Assembly: GCA_031362565.1 (NCBI GenBank) | Contig: JANLSU010000058.1 | Coordinates: 10,338-74,337 of the forward strand | Origin: a bacterium | Lineage (GTDB): Bacteria; Krumholzibacteriota; Krumholzibacteriia; G020349025 | Direction: 5' to 3' | DNA: 64,000 nt | Shown here: positions 29,887 to 40,045 of the stretch, piece by piece | How the letters are laid out: every line of letters begins with the position of its first letter | How positions within the stretch are numbered: position 1 is the stretch's first letter | Made by a program: the position numbers and the translations under genes | The notes under the pieces: model-generated | Databases searched by the model: none | What the model saw: the letters and a program-made list of their open reading frames with translations, nothing else | Told to the model about the DNA's origin: nothing

Positions 29887-30022
29887 CCGCCGTCTGGATC
29901 GGTCCGCACCTCGAACCACGTGTGTGGACAGCATCCGTTGTTGCTCTCGCGCCGTTGCATCTGCAAAATTCGCCCGCAGCGTCGGCAGCGTGGTTCGCGG
30001 TGCGTCGTCGAAGGGTGGGGGG

Positions 30023-32278
30023 ATGGGCCAGAGAGTGTTACGCGCGATCGTTCTCGTCGCGCTCTTCGTATTCACGGCTGTTTCGTGGGCGGGCTACCGC
30101 GAATCGCAATGGCCGTCGACGCTCAACTGGCGCGGCCTGTCGCGTGCTTCGCACTTGTGCGGTCCGCTCGGTTTGTCTTTCACCCACGCCAATGTCGCTT
30201 TGTTCGGACGCGTCGCGTCGGCGGCGATTCCGCTGCTGTTGGCGCTGGCCGCCGTCGCGACCCTGCTCGATTGGCAACGGCGCCGCACGCTCGGACACGG
30301 CGCGCGCCTGTTGGTGGCGGCGCTTTTCGTCGCGGTTTTGAGCGCCTGGGCGGGCGATGAACTCGGTGGTTCGGTCGGCCACCTCGAGCTCGAACTCTTG
30401 CGGGCCATTCTCGGGCAGGTGGGCGCGACGATTCTGCTCGCGGCGATTCTCGCCGGCGGCTTGCTGCGTTACGGAACACCGCTCGCACGCCCGGTTCTGG
30501 CGCACAGCGGCATCGTCCTCGAGCGCGCCCAAGGTGCCGGAACCGTCGGACGCGAATTCTGGCAGCGCCTGAAGTCCGATGTGCACGGGCTTTGGCACGG
30601 TGCGCCGGACGACGATGAATTCGCGGCCGATCGGCCCGCGCCGCGCGCCGCATCCAAGGCGGTGCGTCCGGCGGTGGCACGCGACGCAGCCGCGGCGCCG
30701 GTGGCGGCGTTAGTGCCGGTGCGCGCCGATGCGCCGCCGCGCATCCGTGACATCAACCGCGCCCCGCGCCCGCGCGTCATCGAACAATCGGGCGCTCTCC
30801 CGGCCGGCGACGAACCCATGGTGCGGTCGCGCGATTCGACGCGCTACCATTTGCCGGCGCAAGACCTGCTGACACCGTGCGAGTCCGTGGTCCACGCCGC
30901 CAGCGATACCGAACTGTTGGACATGTCGCGCCGGCTCGAGGAGAAACTCGCGGATTTCGGCATCGGCGGCCGGGTCGCCGAAGTGCAGCCGGGCCCGGTC
31001 ATCACGACGTTCGAGTTCGAGCCGGCACCCGGCATCAAGGTGAGCCAGGTCACGAGCCGGGTCGACGATTTGGCCATGGCGCTGCGGGCGCAATCCATCC
31101 GGATGGTGGCGCCGATCCCCGGCAAGGCCGCGATTGGCGTCGAGATTCCGAATCGCGATGCGCAGATGGTGTCGCTGCACGAGATCATGCACGCCTGGTC
31201 CGACGACCTGCGGGTCGGGCCCTTGGGACTGGCACTCGGCAAGACCGTGAGCGGCGATCCGTTCTTCGCCGATCTCGCCAACATGCCGCACTTGCTGGTG
31301 GCCGGTGCGACCGGCTCCGGCAAGAGTGTGTGCATCAACGTCATCCTCTGCAGCTTGCTCCTGCGGCACGATCCGAACGAGGTCAAGCTGCTGCTCATCG
31401 ATCCCAAGATGTTGGAGATGAACGCCTACAAGGACATCCCGCACCTCCTGCATCCGGTCGTCACCGACCCGAAGGAGGCCTACAAGGCATTGCACTGGCT
31501 GACGCTGGAAATGGAGCGCCGCTATCGTGAGTTGGCGCGCGCCAGCGTTCGCAACATCATCGGCTACAACAAGAAGATCGCCGCCGGTGAAGTACTGGAC
31601 GAGTCCGGCAAGCCGAAGGACATCCTGCCGTATGTCGTCGTCATCGTCGACGAACTGGCAGATCTGATGATCCAGGTCGGCAACGAGATCGAAACGCCGA
31701 TCGCGCGTTTGGCGCAGATGGCGCGCGCCGTCGGCATCCACCTCGTGCTCGCCACCCAGCGTCCTTCGGTCGACGTGATCACCGGTGTCATCAAGGCGAA
31801 TTTCCCGAGCCGCATTGCGTTTCAAGTTTCGTCGCGCGTCGACTCGCGCACCATCTTGGACGGCAACGGTGCGGAAGCGCTGCTCGGGAGAGGCGACATG
31901 CTGTTCCTGGCCGGTGGCCGGCCGGCGCCGATCCGCCTCCACGGGGCCTACGTGAGCGTCGAGGAGTGCGAACGTATCGCCGAGCACTGGCGCCAATTCG
32001 GCCAGGGGGCGGGCAAGATCGACCTGGACGACGCCCGAACCAACGGCCAGGGCGACGCTTCCGGCGACGACGACCTCTTCGAGGAAGCGCGCCAGGTCAT
32101 CGTTTCGAGCGGTGTCGCCTCGGTTTCCTATTTGCAGCGCCGCCTCAAAGTGGGCTACTCTCGGGCGGCCCGCATCATGGACATGCTGGAGGAGGCGGGC
32201 GTGGTTGGGCCCGCGATGGGCGCCAAGCCGCGCGAAGTCCTGCAGCGGCTCGAGGACCTCTCCCCGCTGGCCGATTGA
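30023..32278 (+). CDS. ftsK: DNA translocase FtsK/SpoIIIE
   Basis: N-terminal TM segments; PHLLVAGATGSGKSV, DELADLM, ATQRPSVDVITG; gamma domain LQRRLKVGYSRAARI. Confidence 0.95.
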   Translation: MGQRVLRAIVLVALFVFTAVSWAGYRESQWPSTLNWRGLSRASHLCGPLGLSFTHANVALFGRVASAAIPLLLALAAVATLLDWQRRRTLGHGARLLVAALFVAVLSAWAGDELGGSVGHLELELLRAILGQVGATILLAAILAGGLLRYGTPLARPVLAHSGIVLERAQGAGTVGREFWQRLKSDVHGLWHGAPDDDEFAADRPAPRAASKAVRPAVARDAAAAPVAALVPVRADAPPRIRDINRAPRPRVIEQSGALPAGDEPMVRSRDSTRYHLPAQDLLTPCESVVHAASDTELLDMSRRLEEKLADFGIGGRVAEVQPGPVITTFEFEPAPGIKVSQVTSRVDDLAMALRAQSIRMVAPIPGKAAIGVEIPNRDAQMVSLHEIMHAWSDDLRVGPLGLALGKTVSGDPFFADLANMPHLLVAGATGSGKSVCINVILCSLLLRHDPNEVKLLLIDPKMLEMNAYKDIPHLLHPVVTDPKEAYKALHWLTLEMERRYRELARASVRNIIGYNKKIAAGEVLDESGKPKDILPYVVVIVDELADLMIQVGNEIETPIARLAQMARAVGIHLVLATQRPSVDVITGVIKANFPSRIAFQVSSRVDSRTILDGNGAEALLGRGDMLFLAGGRPAPIRLHGAYVSVEECERIAEHWRQFGQGAGKIDLDDARTNGQGDASGDDDLFEEARQVIVSSGVASVSYLQRRLKVGYSRAARIMDMLEEAGVVGPAMGAKPREVLQRLEDLSPLAD

Positions 32279-32291
32279 CCCCCGGAATCAC

Positions 32292-33803
32292 ATGAGTGTC
32301 GTCCATTTCAGGCCCCCGGCCCCGACGCGCCCCGCTCCGGCGGCAGGTGCGCCCTTGGCGCCCTTGGCGGGCTTGCGCGTCTACCTGGACTCGCTGGGAT
32401 GCGCCAAGAACCTCGTTGACTCCGAGGCCACTCTGGGGCTCCTGGCGGGTCAGGGGTGCATCACGGTGCCCGAGCCGGAGGATGCGGACCTCATGGTGGT
32501 CAACACCTGCGGCTTCTTGGAGCAGGCGCGCGAGGAGTCGATCGAGCGCATTCTGGAGCTCGCACAGTTGAAAACTCTCGGCCGCCCGCGGGTCCTCGCG
32601 GTGTTGGGCTGCCTGGTGGCGCGCGCCGCCGAAGAACTGGCGGAGTCGATTCCCGAAGTCGACGTCTGGCTGCCGGCTGGCCATCACGCCGATCTGGGAG
32701 CCCGCGTTGCGGCGCGTCTCGGTTCACTGCCGGCGCTCGAAGTGCGCCAAGCCACCGATCGATCGGGGAGCGGGCGCGCTCCGGCCAGTGCGTTCTCGGG
32801 CTTCGGCACTCGGGTCCTCCTCACGCCGGCGCACACTGCCTATCTGAAGATCTCCGAAGGCTGCACCAACGCCTGCACCTTTTGTTCGATTCCGCTCATG
32901 CGCGGTTTGCAACGCAGCCGGCCGCTCGCGGCTATTGTCGAAGAGGCTGCCGCACTCGCGGCGCGCGGTGTCCGCGAACTGCACTTGGTCGCGCAGGACT
33001 TGACGCACTATGGATTCGACGCCGGCGAGGGCCACGATCTGCTCGACCTGGCGGTGGCGTTGGGTGGCGTCGCGGGAATCGAGTGGATTCGTTTCTTGTA
33101 CGCGCATCCGGCGCACCTGACGCCACGGCTCTTGGAAGGCTTGTTCGAAGTCCCTCAGGTCGTGCGCTATCTCGACATGCCGGTGCAGCACGCTTCGCCG
33201 CGTATTTTGCAGGCCATGCGCCGGCCTTATTCACCGGAGCGCGTCCGGCGGCAACTCGCGGCTCTGCGCGCCAAGGTCCCGGGGATCACGTTACGCAGCA
33301 CGGTCATCGTTGGATTTCCCGGCGAAACCGAACGCGACTTCGACCTGTTGTGCCGTTTCGTGTCGGACGTGCGTTACGACCGGCTCGGGACCTTCACCTA
33401 TTCGCGCGAGCCTGGCACTCCGGCGGCGGATTTGCCGGGACGGCCGCGCACGAGCACGGCGCAACGCCGCTTGAATGTAATCACCGAACTGCAGATGGAA
33501 ATTGCCGCCCAACAGGCCCAGGCGCGAGTCGGCCAACGGTTGCGGGTTCTCGTCGACGGGCCGGTGTCGCCCGAGGAAGCCACTGAGAGCCCCATGGCGG
33601 CGGGGGCCATCGCGCGCGCGCGCAGCGAGGGCGAGGCGCTGGATATCGACGGCACGGTATACGTGGTGGCGGCGCCGGGCACGGTGATTCCGGCCGGCGC
33701 TTTCGTCGAGGTCGAGATCGAAGCCGCCGACGTTTTCGATCTGCGCGCCCGGGTGCTCGGCCGTGGTCCAGGAGCATCGTTGCAACCATCGATTGTTGCT
33801 TGA
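32292..33803 (+). CDS. rimO: Ribosomal protein S12 methylthiotransferase RimO
   Basis: SLGCAKNLVDSE, NTCGF, AYLKISEGC.N.C.FC.IP, YLDMP.QH, IVGFPGET and a C-terminal TRAM-like region. Confidence 0.93.
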   Translation: MSVVHFRPPAPTRPAPAAGAPLAPLAGLRVYLDSLGCAKNLVDSEATLGLLAGQGCITVPEPEDADLMVVNTCGFLEQAREESIERILELAQLKTLGRPRVLAVLGCLVARAAEELAESIPEVDVWLPAGHHADLGARVAARLGSLPALEVRQATDRSGSGRAPASAFSGFGTRVLLTPAHTAYLKISEGCTNACTFCSIPLMRGLQRSRPLAAIVEEAAALAARGVRELHLVAQDLTHYGFDAGEGHDLLDLAVALGGVAGIEWIRFLYAHPAHLTPRLLEGLFEVPQVVRYLDMPVQHASPRILQAMRRPYSPERVRRQLAALRAKVPGITLRSTVIVGFPGETERDFDLLCRFVSDVRYDRLGTFTYSREPGTPAADLPGRPRTSTAQRRLNVITELQMEIAAQQAQARVGQRLRVLVDGPVSPEEATESPMAAGAIARARSEGEALDIDGTVYVVAAPGTVIPAGAFVEVEIEAADVFDLRARVLGRGPGASLQPSIVA

Positions 33804-33886
33804 CTTGCAGTCGCGATTCCCGTAACTGGAGGCGTCGGAGCCAAGCGGCACCGCCTGAACCCTTGGCCGAGTGGAGGCGATCTCGC

Positions 33887-34528
33887 GTGTCATCCAAGCT
33901 GCGCCACGCAGCACTCGTGTCCTTGGTCGTGCTGATCGGCGCCCAAACCAGAGCGGCCGGCGCCGAGCCACTGCCGACCAACTATGAACTCGTGCAGGCG
34001 GCAACGCGGGTCGCGTGCGCGAAACTCGTCGAGGGCATGCGGTCACACCTCGGCACCGGGGCGGTGAGCGTACACGCCGTGGGTACGGCCCCCAGCCACT
34101 TCTTGGTCGAGAATATCCTGACCGCGGCCCTGACCGAGAGCGGCATCAAGGTCACGACGCGCGCCGATTCGGTAAGCCCGGTGATCGAATTCGAGGTCGT
34201 GGATCTCGGCTTGGCGTACATCGGCGCGCACCGGTCGCCGCCGTGGATCGGCCATCGCAGCATCGACCGGACGGCCCGTGCCCGGCTCTTCGCGCGGGTC
34301 GTGGATCCGGTGCAAGCGCGGATCGTTTGGGCCGATCAGGCCGAAGGCCATCGCACCGACCGGGTGGCGCAGTCGGCACTCAACCGCCTCGAAGAAGAAA
34401 AACCGACGGCGTACGAGAAGCCCGCCCGTCCGCCCGGCCGATGGAATAAAGTGGTCGAGCCCGTCGTCGTCACTGGCATCGTGGTGGGCTTGATCGCGCT
34501 GTTCTTTTCGAACCAGTCGACGAAGTGA
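33887..34528 (+). CDS. Hypothetical exported protein with C-terminal TM anchor
   Basis: GTG after GGAGG; signal-like N-terminus; C-terminal EPVVVTGIVVGLIALFFS. Confidence 0.65.
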   Translation: MSSKLRHAALVSLVVLIGAQTRAAGAEPLPTNYELVQAATRVACAKLVEGMRSHLGTGAVSVHAVGTAPSHFLVENILTAALTESGIKVTTRADSVSPVIEFEVVDLGLAYIGAHRSPPWIGHRSIDRTARARLFARVVDPVQARIVWADQAEGHRTDRVAQSALNRLEEEKPTAYEKPARPPGRWNKVVEPVVVTGIVVGLIALFFSNQSTK

Positions 34529-35307
34529 GCCTCGCGGTTTGGGAGGGAGTCGGCTTGGACATCGGCAGTTTGCTCGCGCGTGGCAAGGGCCTGCTCGACG
34601 CGGGCAAGTACGGCGATGCGGTGCAGTGTCTCGAGAGTGCGGTGCACCGCCAGCCGGATTTTCCGGACCTGCACAATCTTCTGGGTCTGGCGCTCTCCAT
34701 GGCGGGGGAGCCGCTGCGGGCGGAATCGCATCTGGCACGCGCCCTCGAGCTCAATCCGAACTACGCCGAGGCGCACCTGAACATCGCGATCCTGCTGTTC
34801 GAGCGCAATGCCTACAACGCGGCGCGCGAACACATGCGGGAATTCAATCGCATCGTGCGCAGCAATCCGCGCGGCTTTCCCGATCCGGCCCTGGATGATC
34901 TGGCGCGCCGCCATGCGGATTTGGCGGAGCGCTATCGTGCCTGCGGGCTTCTGGACGAGGCGGAGACGCAGTTGCGCGCCGCGCTGCGCTTGCGCCCGGC
35001 GTACGGCGATTTGCGTTTGCAGCTCGGGCGTGTTTTGTTCGAACGCGCCAAGTTGGACGAAGCCTCTCAACAAGTCGAGGTCCTGCTGCAACAGACTCCG
35101 GAATACCCCGAAGCGTTCTTGCTGCGCGGCCAGATCGAGCTCGCACGCGGTAACGCCGACGGCGCGCGTCAGGCCTGGCAGCGGATTGGACAGGGCACCG
35201 CCGGCACCCAAGCGCGGGCGCTCCTCGACCAACTGGAAATCGATCTGCGGGCGCGCCGCAACGCCCCTTCCCCGGAGGGTTCGCGTTATGCGGGCGGGCG
35301 GCCGTAA
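34525..35307 (+). CDS. TPR-repeat protein
   Basis: Tandem TPRs (FPDLHNLLG, LELNPNYAEAHLN, RPAYGDLR..LG); GTGA overlap with the upstream gene. Confidence 0.8.
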   Translation: MSLAVWEGVGLDIGSLLARGKGLLDAGKYGDAVQCLESAVHRQPDFPDLHNLLGLALSMAGEPLRAESHLARALELNPNYAEAHLNIAILLFERNAYNAAREHMREFNRIVRSNPRGFPDPALDDLARRHADLAERYRACGLLDEAETQLRAALRLRPAYGDLRLQLGRVLFERAKLDEASQQVEVLLQQTPEYPEAFLLRGQIELARGNADGARQAWQRIGQGTAGTQARALLDQLEIDLRARRNAPSPEGSRYAGGRP

Positions 35308-36166
35308 GCCAGGCGCCGTGGCCCCCCGACCGGGGTCCCGGCGCCCGAGCCGTTGGTCGCACCTCGTGTCCCTGGCTTGCGCCGGCCTCGGCGCCGTGGC
35401 CGGTTGCGGCGGGCCGCGCGTCGCGATCGCTCCTACCGATCCGCTGTATGAATTCCGCGTCGGGTTGGCCGACAACGCCCGGCATCACTGGGTCGAGGCC
35501 CAGGACCATCTGAAGCGCTTCCTGGATTTGCATCCGGGTCACGTCAACGCCGATTCAGCGCAGTACGAGCTCGGGCTCGCCAAGATGGGCGCGCACCTGT
35601 ATCCCGAAGCCGCGGTGGAATTCCAGATTCTCGGCCAGGAATACCCTCGCAGCCCGCTGCGGCCGGCTGCCAGCTTCCAGGAATGTGTGAGCTATGTGAA
35701 GCAAGTACGTTCAACACAGCTCGATCCGACGCCGGCGATCCGCGCCCAGACGTGCTTGGACGAATACATGCTGCGTTTTCCGGGCGCCGCCGACAGTGCC
35801 GCGGCCGTGAACCACCTGCGGGATCTCGCCGACCACCTCGCGGAAAAGGATCTGCGGCTCGGCCGCATGTTCGTGCGCATGAAACGGCCGCGCGCCGCGC
35901 GTGTCTACCTGCAGAACGTGTTGCACGCGACTCCGGGGTCGCGTTGGGAGCCGGAGGCGCTGCTCTATTTGGGCCAAGTCGAGGAGCTCGAAGCACAGCC
36001 GGCCGAGGCAGCCAAAGCCTACCGGCGCGTGGTCACGGAACATGGCGGAACCGAAGCCGCGCGCCCGGCGCGCGAGCGTCTCGACAAACTCGTGGCGCGC
36101 CACCCGGAACTGGCGCAGGACACCGCGTCTCCCGCTCCGCCACCGCCGCCCGCCCCGGCGCCATGA
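35288..36166 (+). CDS. bamD: Outer membrane protein assembly lipoprotein BamD
   Basis: VAG-C lipobox; YP.S TPR pattern; LDPTP..RA; LAEKD..LGR.F. Start uncertain. Confidence 0.8.
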   Translation: MRAGGRKPGAVAPRPGSRRPSRWSHLVSLACAGLGAVAGCGGPRVAIAPTDPLYEFRVGLADNARHHWVEAQDHLKRFLDLHPGHVNADSAQYELGLAKMGAHLYPEAAVEFQILGQEYPRSPLRPAASFQECVSYVKQVRSTQLDPTPAIRAQTCLDEYMLRFPGAADSAAAVNHLRDLADHLAEKDLRLGRMFVRMKRPRAARVYLQNVLHATPGSRWEPEALLYLGQVEELEAQPAEAAKAYRRVVTEHGGTEAARPARERLDKLVARHPELAQDTASPAPPPPPAPAP

Positions 36167-36759
36167 AAGCCCGCGTGCGCCGCGCGGTCTTCGGCGGCAG
36201 TTTCGATCCGATTCACTTTGGCCATCTCCTGGTCGCCGAAATGTTGCGTGAACGCGCCGATTTGGACGAGATCGTGTTCATGCCGGCGGCGCGCTCACCC
36301 CACAAGCAAGGCACCGGCGCGCCACAGGCGGCGCGTTTGGCGATGTTGCGCTTGGCGGTGCGTGGCAACCCACACTTCCGGGTCAGCAGCCTCGAACTCG
36401 GGCGTGCCGGCCCCTCCTACACGATCGACACGATTCGGGTCTTGGCGCGCCGTTGGCACGCGCGGCCGTTGTGGATCCTGGGCGGCGATTCGTTGCTCGA
36501 GCTGCACACTTGGCGTGAAGCGGCGGCGTTGCTGCGCGAGGCTCGTTGGATCGCCTACGCGCGGCCTGGCGCCGAAGCCGCCAAGGCGCGCGCCGAAGAA
36601 CTCGGCATTGCCTATCACGAACAGGTGCTCTCGCCGCTCACGAGCCGCGAACTGCGGGCGCGGGCGCGGCGTGGGCAGAGCCTGCGATATCAAGTGCCCG
36701 AGCCGGTGCGGCGTTACATCGAACGGCATCGTCTGTACCGCGTCGGGGCGGCGCGATGA
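36163..36759 (+). CDS. nadD: Nicotinate-nucleotide adenylyltransferase
   Basis: FGGSFDPIHFGH, SPHK, SYTIDT, LG.DS...W and YQVP..V..YI....LY. Confidence 0.93.
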   Translation: MKARVRRAVFGGSFDPIHFGHLLVAEMLRERADLDEIVFMPAARSPHKQGTGAPQAARLAMLRLAVRGNPHFRVSSLELGRAGPSYTIDTIRVLARRWHARPLWILGGDSLLELHTWREAAALLREARWIAYARPGAEAAKARAEELGIAYHEQVLSPLTSRELRARARRGQSLRYQVPEPVRRYIERHRLYRVGAAR

Positions 36760-39419
36760 ATGCGCTCCTTGTGGATGGCAGCGGACTCGCGTATCGCTCC
36801 TACTTTGCCTTCGTGCGCAATCCGCTGCGTTCGACGCGCGGCGAGGAAACCAGCCTCTCCTACGGCTTCTTGACCGCCGTGCTGCGCTGGTGCGAGCGCT
36901 ATGCGCCGGAGCACGTGGCGATCGTCTTCGATCCCCCTGGCCGCACGCATCGTCATGCGCTGTATGCGGAATACAAGGCGCAGCGCCCGGCCCGGCCCGA
37001 AGGCCTGGTGGCGCAGCAGCCGCGCCTGCGCGAAGTGCTGGCGGCGTTGCGCGTCGCGGTGGTGGAGATCCCGGGCTGGGAAGCAGACGACGTGCTGGCG
37101 ACTCTGGCGCGGCGTTTCGAAGCCGCTGGATCCAACGTCTGGCTCGCCACGGCCGACAAGGATTTGCAACAGCTGGTGTCGCCGCGAGTCCGGCTCGTGC
37201 GTCCGGCGCCGATGGGGAACGACGCGGAGATGGGGCCCGCCGAACTCGAGGAACGCACCGGTTTGCGGCCGGAGCAGATTGTCGATTGGCTGGCACTCGC
37301 CGGTGATGCATCGGACAACATCCCCGGCGTGGCCGGTGTTGGCGACAAGACCGCCCTCGAACTGCTGCGCGAACACGGCACCCTCGCCGGGGTCTACGCG
37401 GACCTCGATCGTGTGACGCGTCCGGCGGTGCGCCGCCGGCTGGAAGCAGGCCGGGCGGCGGCCGAGTTGTCGCGCACGCTGGTCGAACTGCGCAGCGACG
37501 CGCCGGTCGACGCGACGGGACTCGATTGGCCGGGCATCGATTGGGCGGTGCTCACGCCGCTCCTCGAGCACTTGGAGTTCTTCCAGATTCTGCGTCAGAA
37601 ACCGGCCGTCGCTCGGTCCGGTGGTGCACCGCTCGGGGTTGCGACGGCGATCGCCGCCGACGGGCCAGCGTGGCGCGCGGCTCTCGAAGCCGCATCGGGT
37701 GCCGGTGCGATCGCGATCGCCGCGGCGTTCGACGGTGTGCCGCGCGTTGCGCCAGTCACTGCGGTCGCGGTCGCTTGGGGGGATCGGACGGCGGTTGCGG
37801 CCGACGTCGCGTCCGTTCCGCCGGCGCCACGTCCGGGCGAACTCGACCTGCGCCTACCCGCCGGCCGCGGCGTTCCGGAAGCCGCACTTGTCGCCGCACT
37901 GCAGCCGCTGCTCGCGGATCCGGCGCGGATCAAGATTGGTTTCGATTGCAAAGCCCTGGCGTTCACCCTGGCGCGTGCGGGCGCGCCGATGCCGGGTCCG
38001 TATTTCGATACGCTGCTCGCGGCCTATGTTCTGGATCCCGGCCGCCGCACCGGTTCGATCGCCGCGCTGGCGCAGGAACACCTCGGGCTCGCTCTCGACG
38101 TGACCGCATCGGACGCCGCGGCGCAGGGGGCAGCCGCAACCGCGCTGTGGGCGTTGCGAGACGTCCTCACCCGCCAACTGGAAAGCGACGGGTTGGCGGC
38201 GCTTTTCCGCGACGTCGAGACGCCGCTCGTCGAAGTGCTCTTGGCGATGGAACTCGAAGGTGTCGGAATCGATCGCGCCAGTTTGGACGCCTTGGCCGCC
38301 GATCTCGAGCAACGCGCCGCGGGGCTTGCCGAATCGATCTATGCGGCGTGCGGCCGGCGCTTCAATTTGCAATCGACCCAACAACTCGGCCAAGTGCTAT
38401 TCAACGAACTCGCGTTGCCGCATGGCCGGCGCACGCGCACCGGTTGGTCGACGGATGTCGATGTGCTCGAGCGGCTCGCCGGGTCGCACGCGGTTGCGGC
38501 ACAGTTGCTCGAGCACCGGCAGTTGATGAAATTGCGCTCGACGTACGCCGAAGCGCTGCCGCGCCTCATGGATCCGGCGACCGGCCGGATTCACACGCGT
38601 TTCAATCAGACCGTTGCTTCGACCGGCCGGTTGTCGTCGTCCGATCCGAATCTGCAGAACATTCCGATTCGGACCGAACTCGGGCGGCGCATCCGTGCCG
38701 CCTTCGTGCCACGGGACCGGAACGGTTGGATGCTCGCTGCCGACTATTCGCAGATCGAACTGCGGCTCCTGGCGCACTTATCACAGGACCCCGCACTGGT
38801 TGCCGCCTTCCAGCAAGGCCAGGACGTGCACCAGCAGACGGCGGCCCGGGTCTTTGGCTGTGATCTAGCGGCGGTCACCCCCGAGCAGCGCGCCGCCGCC
38901 AAGACCGTCAACTTCGGCGTCATCTACGGCATGGGGCCGCGTGGTTTGGCCGACCGGCTCGGGATTCCGCTGGCGGAGGCGAAGCGTTTCATCGACGAAT
39001 ACTTCGCCGGTTATCCCGGGGTTCGCGCCTTCACCCACGAGCTTGTCGAACGGGCGCGCGCCAATGGCTTCACGACGACCTTGCTCGGCCGCCGCATGCG
39101 CCTGCCGGGCATCGCGAGTTCGCAGCCCGCGGAACGCGCCGGCGCCGAACGGGTCGCGATCAACGCCCCCATTCAGGGCAGCGCCGCCGATTTGATCAAG
39201 GTGGCGATGCTGCGTGTCCACCGCCGCTTGCAAGCGGCCGGACTGCGCTCGCGCTTGGTGCTGCAAGTGCACGACGAATTGGTCTTCGATGTCGCTGCCG
39301 GCGAGCAGGACGAAGTCGCGGCCATCGCGCAGAGCGAGATGGAGGGCGCCGTACCGCTTCGGGTGCCGGTTGTCGTCGATGTGGGCTGCGGGGCGACTTG
39401 GGCGGAGGCGCACCGATGA
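36756..39419 (+). CDS. polA: DNA polymerase I
   Basis: 5' nuclease (LVDG..LAYR, EADD, GDASDNIPGV); polymerase motifs TGRLSS.DPNLQNIP, ADYSQIELR, AK.VNFG..YG and LQVHDEL. Confidence 0.96.
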   Translation: MNALLVDGSGLAYRSYFAFVRNPLRSTRGEETSLSYGFLTAVLRWCERYAPEHVAIVFDPPGRTHRHALYAEYKAQRPARPEGLVAQQPRLREVLAALRVAVVEIPGWEADDVLATLARRFEAAGSNVWLATADKDLQQLVSPRVRLVRPAPMGNDAEMGPAELEERTGLRPEQIVDWLALAGDASDNIPGVAGVGDKTALELLREHGTLAGVYADLDRVTRPAVRRRLEAGRAAAELSRTLVELRSDAPVDATGLDWPGIDWAVLTPLLEHLEFFQILRQKPAVARSGGAPLGVATAIAADGPAWRAALEAASGAGAIAIAAAFDGVPRVAPVTAVAVAWGDRTAVAADVASVPPAPRPGELDLRLPAGRGVPEAALVAALQPLLADPARIKIGFDCKALAFTLARAGAPMPGPYFDTLLAAYVLDPGRRTGSIAALAQEHLGLALDVTASDAAAQGAAATALWALRDVLTRQLESDGLAALFRDVETPLVEVLLAMELEGVGIDRASLDALAADLEQRAAGLAESIYAACGRRFNLQSTQQLGQVLFNELALPHGRRTRTGWSTDVDVLERLAGSHAVAAQLLEHRQLMKLRSTYAEALPRLMDPATGRIHTRFNQTVASTGRLSSSDPNLQNIPIRTELGRRIRAAFVPRDRNGWMLAADYSQIELRLLAHLSQDPALVAAFQQGQDVHQQTAARVFGCDLAAVTPEQRAAAKTVNFGVIYGMGPRGLADRLGIPLAEAKRFIDEYFAGYPGVRAFTHELVERARANGFTTTLLGRRMRLPGIASSQPAERAGAERVAINAPIQGSAADLIKVAMLRVHRRLQAAGLRSRLVLQVHDELVFDVAAGEQDEVAAIAQSEMEGAVPLRVPVVVDVGCGATWAEAHR

Positions 39420-40045
39420 AGGTCTACGCCCTGGTCGGTGGGATGGCGGCCGGAAAATCGACGGTGGCGCGCCGGATCGCGCGCCGCTACGGTGGGCACT
39501 GGCTCGAGGCCGATCGGGCTGGGCATCAGGTGCTGCGTCTCGAGCGCGTCCGGCAGCGATTGCTGGCTCTCTTCGGGCCTGCTATCTTGGCCGCGGACGG
39601 CGCCATCGACCGGCGACGCTTGGGCCGGCGAGTCTTCGGCGACCCGGCCCGCCTTGCGGCTCTCGATCGTGTCGTGCATCCCGAAATTGCGGCTCGGGTG
39701 CGGCGGCGAATCGGCGCCTTCGAACGCCGCGGCGCGGCGTTCGTGCTCTTGGATGCGGCGCTGTTTTTCGAAATCGACCTGGGACAACCGGTGGACGGCG
39801 TGTTGGCGGTCGTCGCGCCGCGGCGGGTGCGCCGCCAGCGCCTTCGCGACCGCGGCCAATGGACCTTGGCGGAGATCGACGCACGGCTCGCGAGCCAGCC
39901 CCGGGTGGGCGCTTGGGCGCGCCGGGCCGACGTGCGCTTGATCAACGACGGCGACCGGCGGACTCTCGACGCACGAATCGATGTGGCTTGGAAAGCGCTC
40001 CGTCGCGTTCCGACGCGGCGGCGGCGCGGGAGGGGACGAACATGA
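39416..40045 (+). CDS. coaE: Dephospho-CoA kinase
   Basis: GGMAAGKST, AD..GH, IDR..LG..VF, VHP and R...R...R..SQ; follows polA. Confidence 0.88.
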   Translation: MKVYALVGGMAAGKSTVARRIARRYGGHWLEADRAGHQVLRLERVRQRLLALFGPAILAADGAIDRRRLGRRVFGDPARLAALDRVVHPEIAARVRRRIGAFERRGAAFVLLDAALFFEIDLGQPVDGVLAVVAPRRVRRQRLRDRGQWTLAEIDARLASQPRVGAWARRADVRLINDGDRRTLDARIDVAWKALRRVPTRRRRGRGRT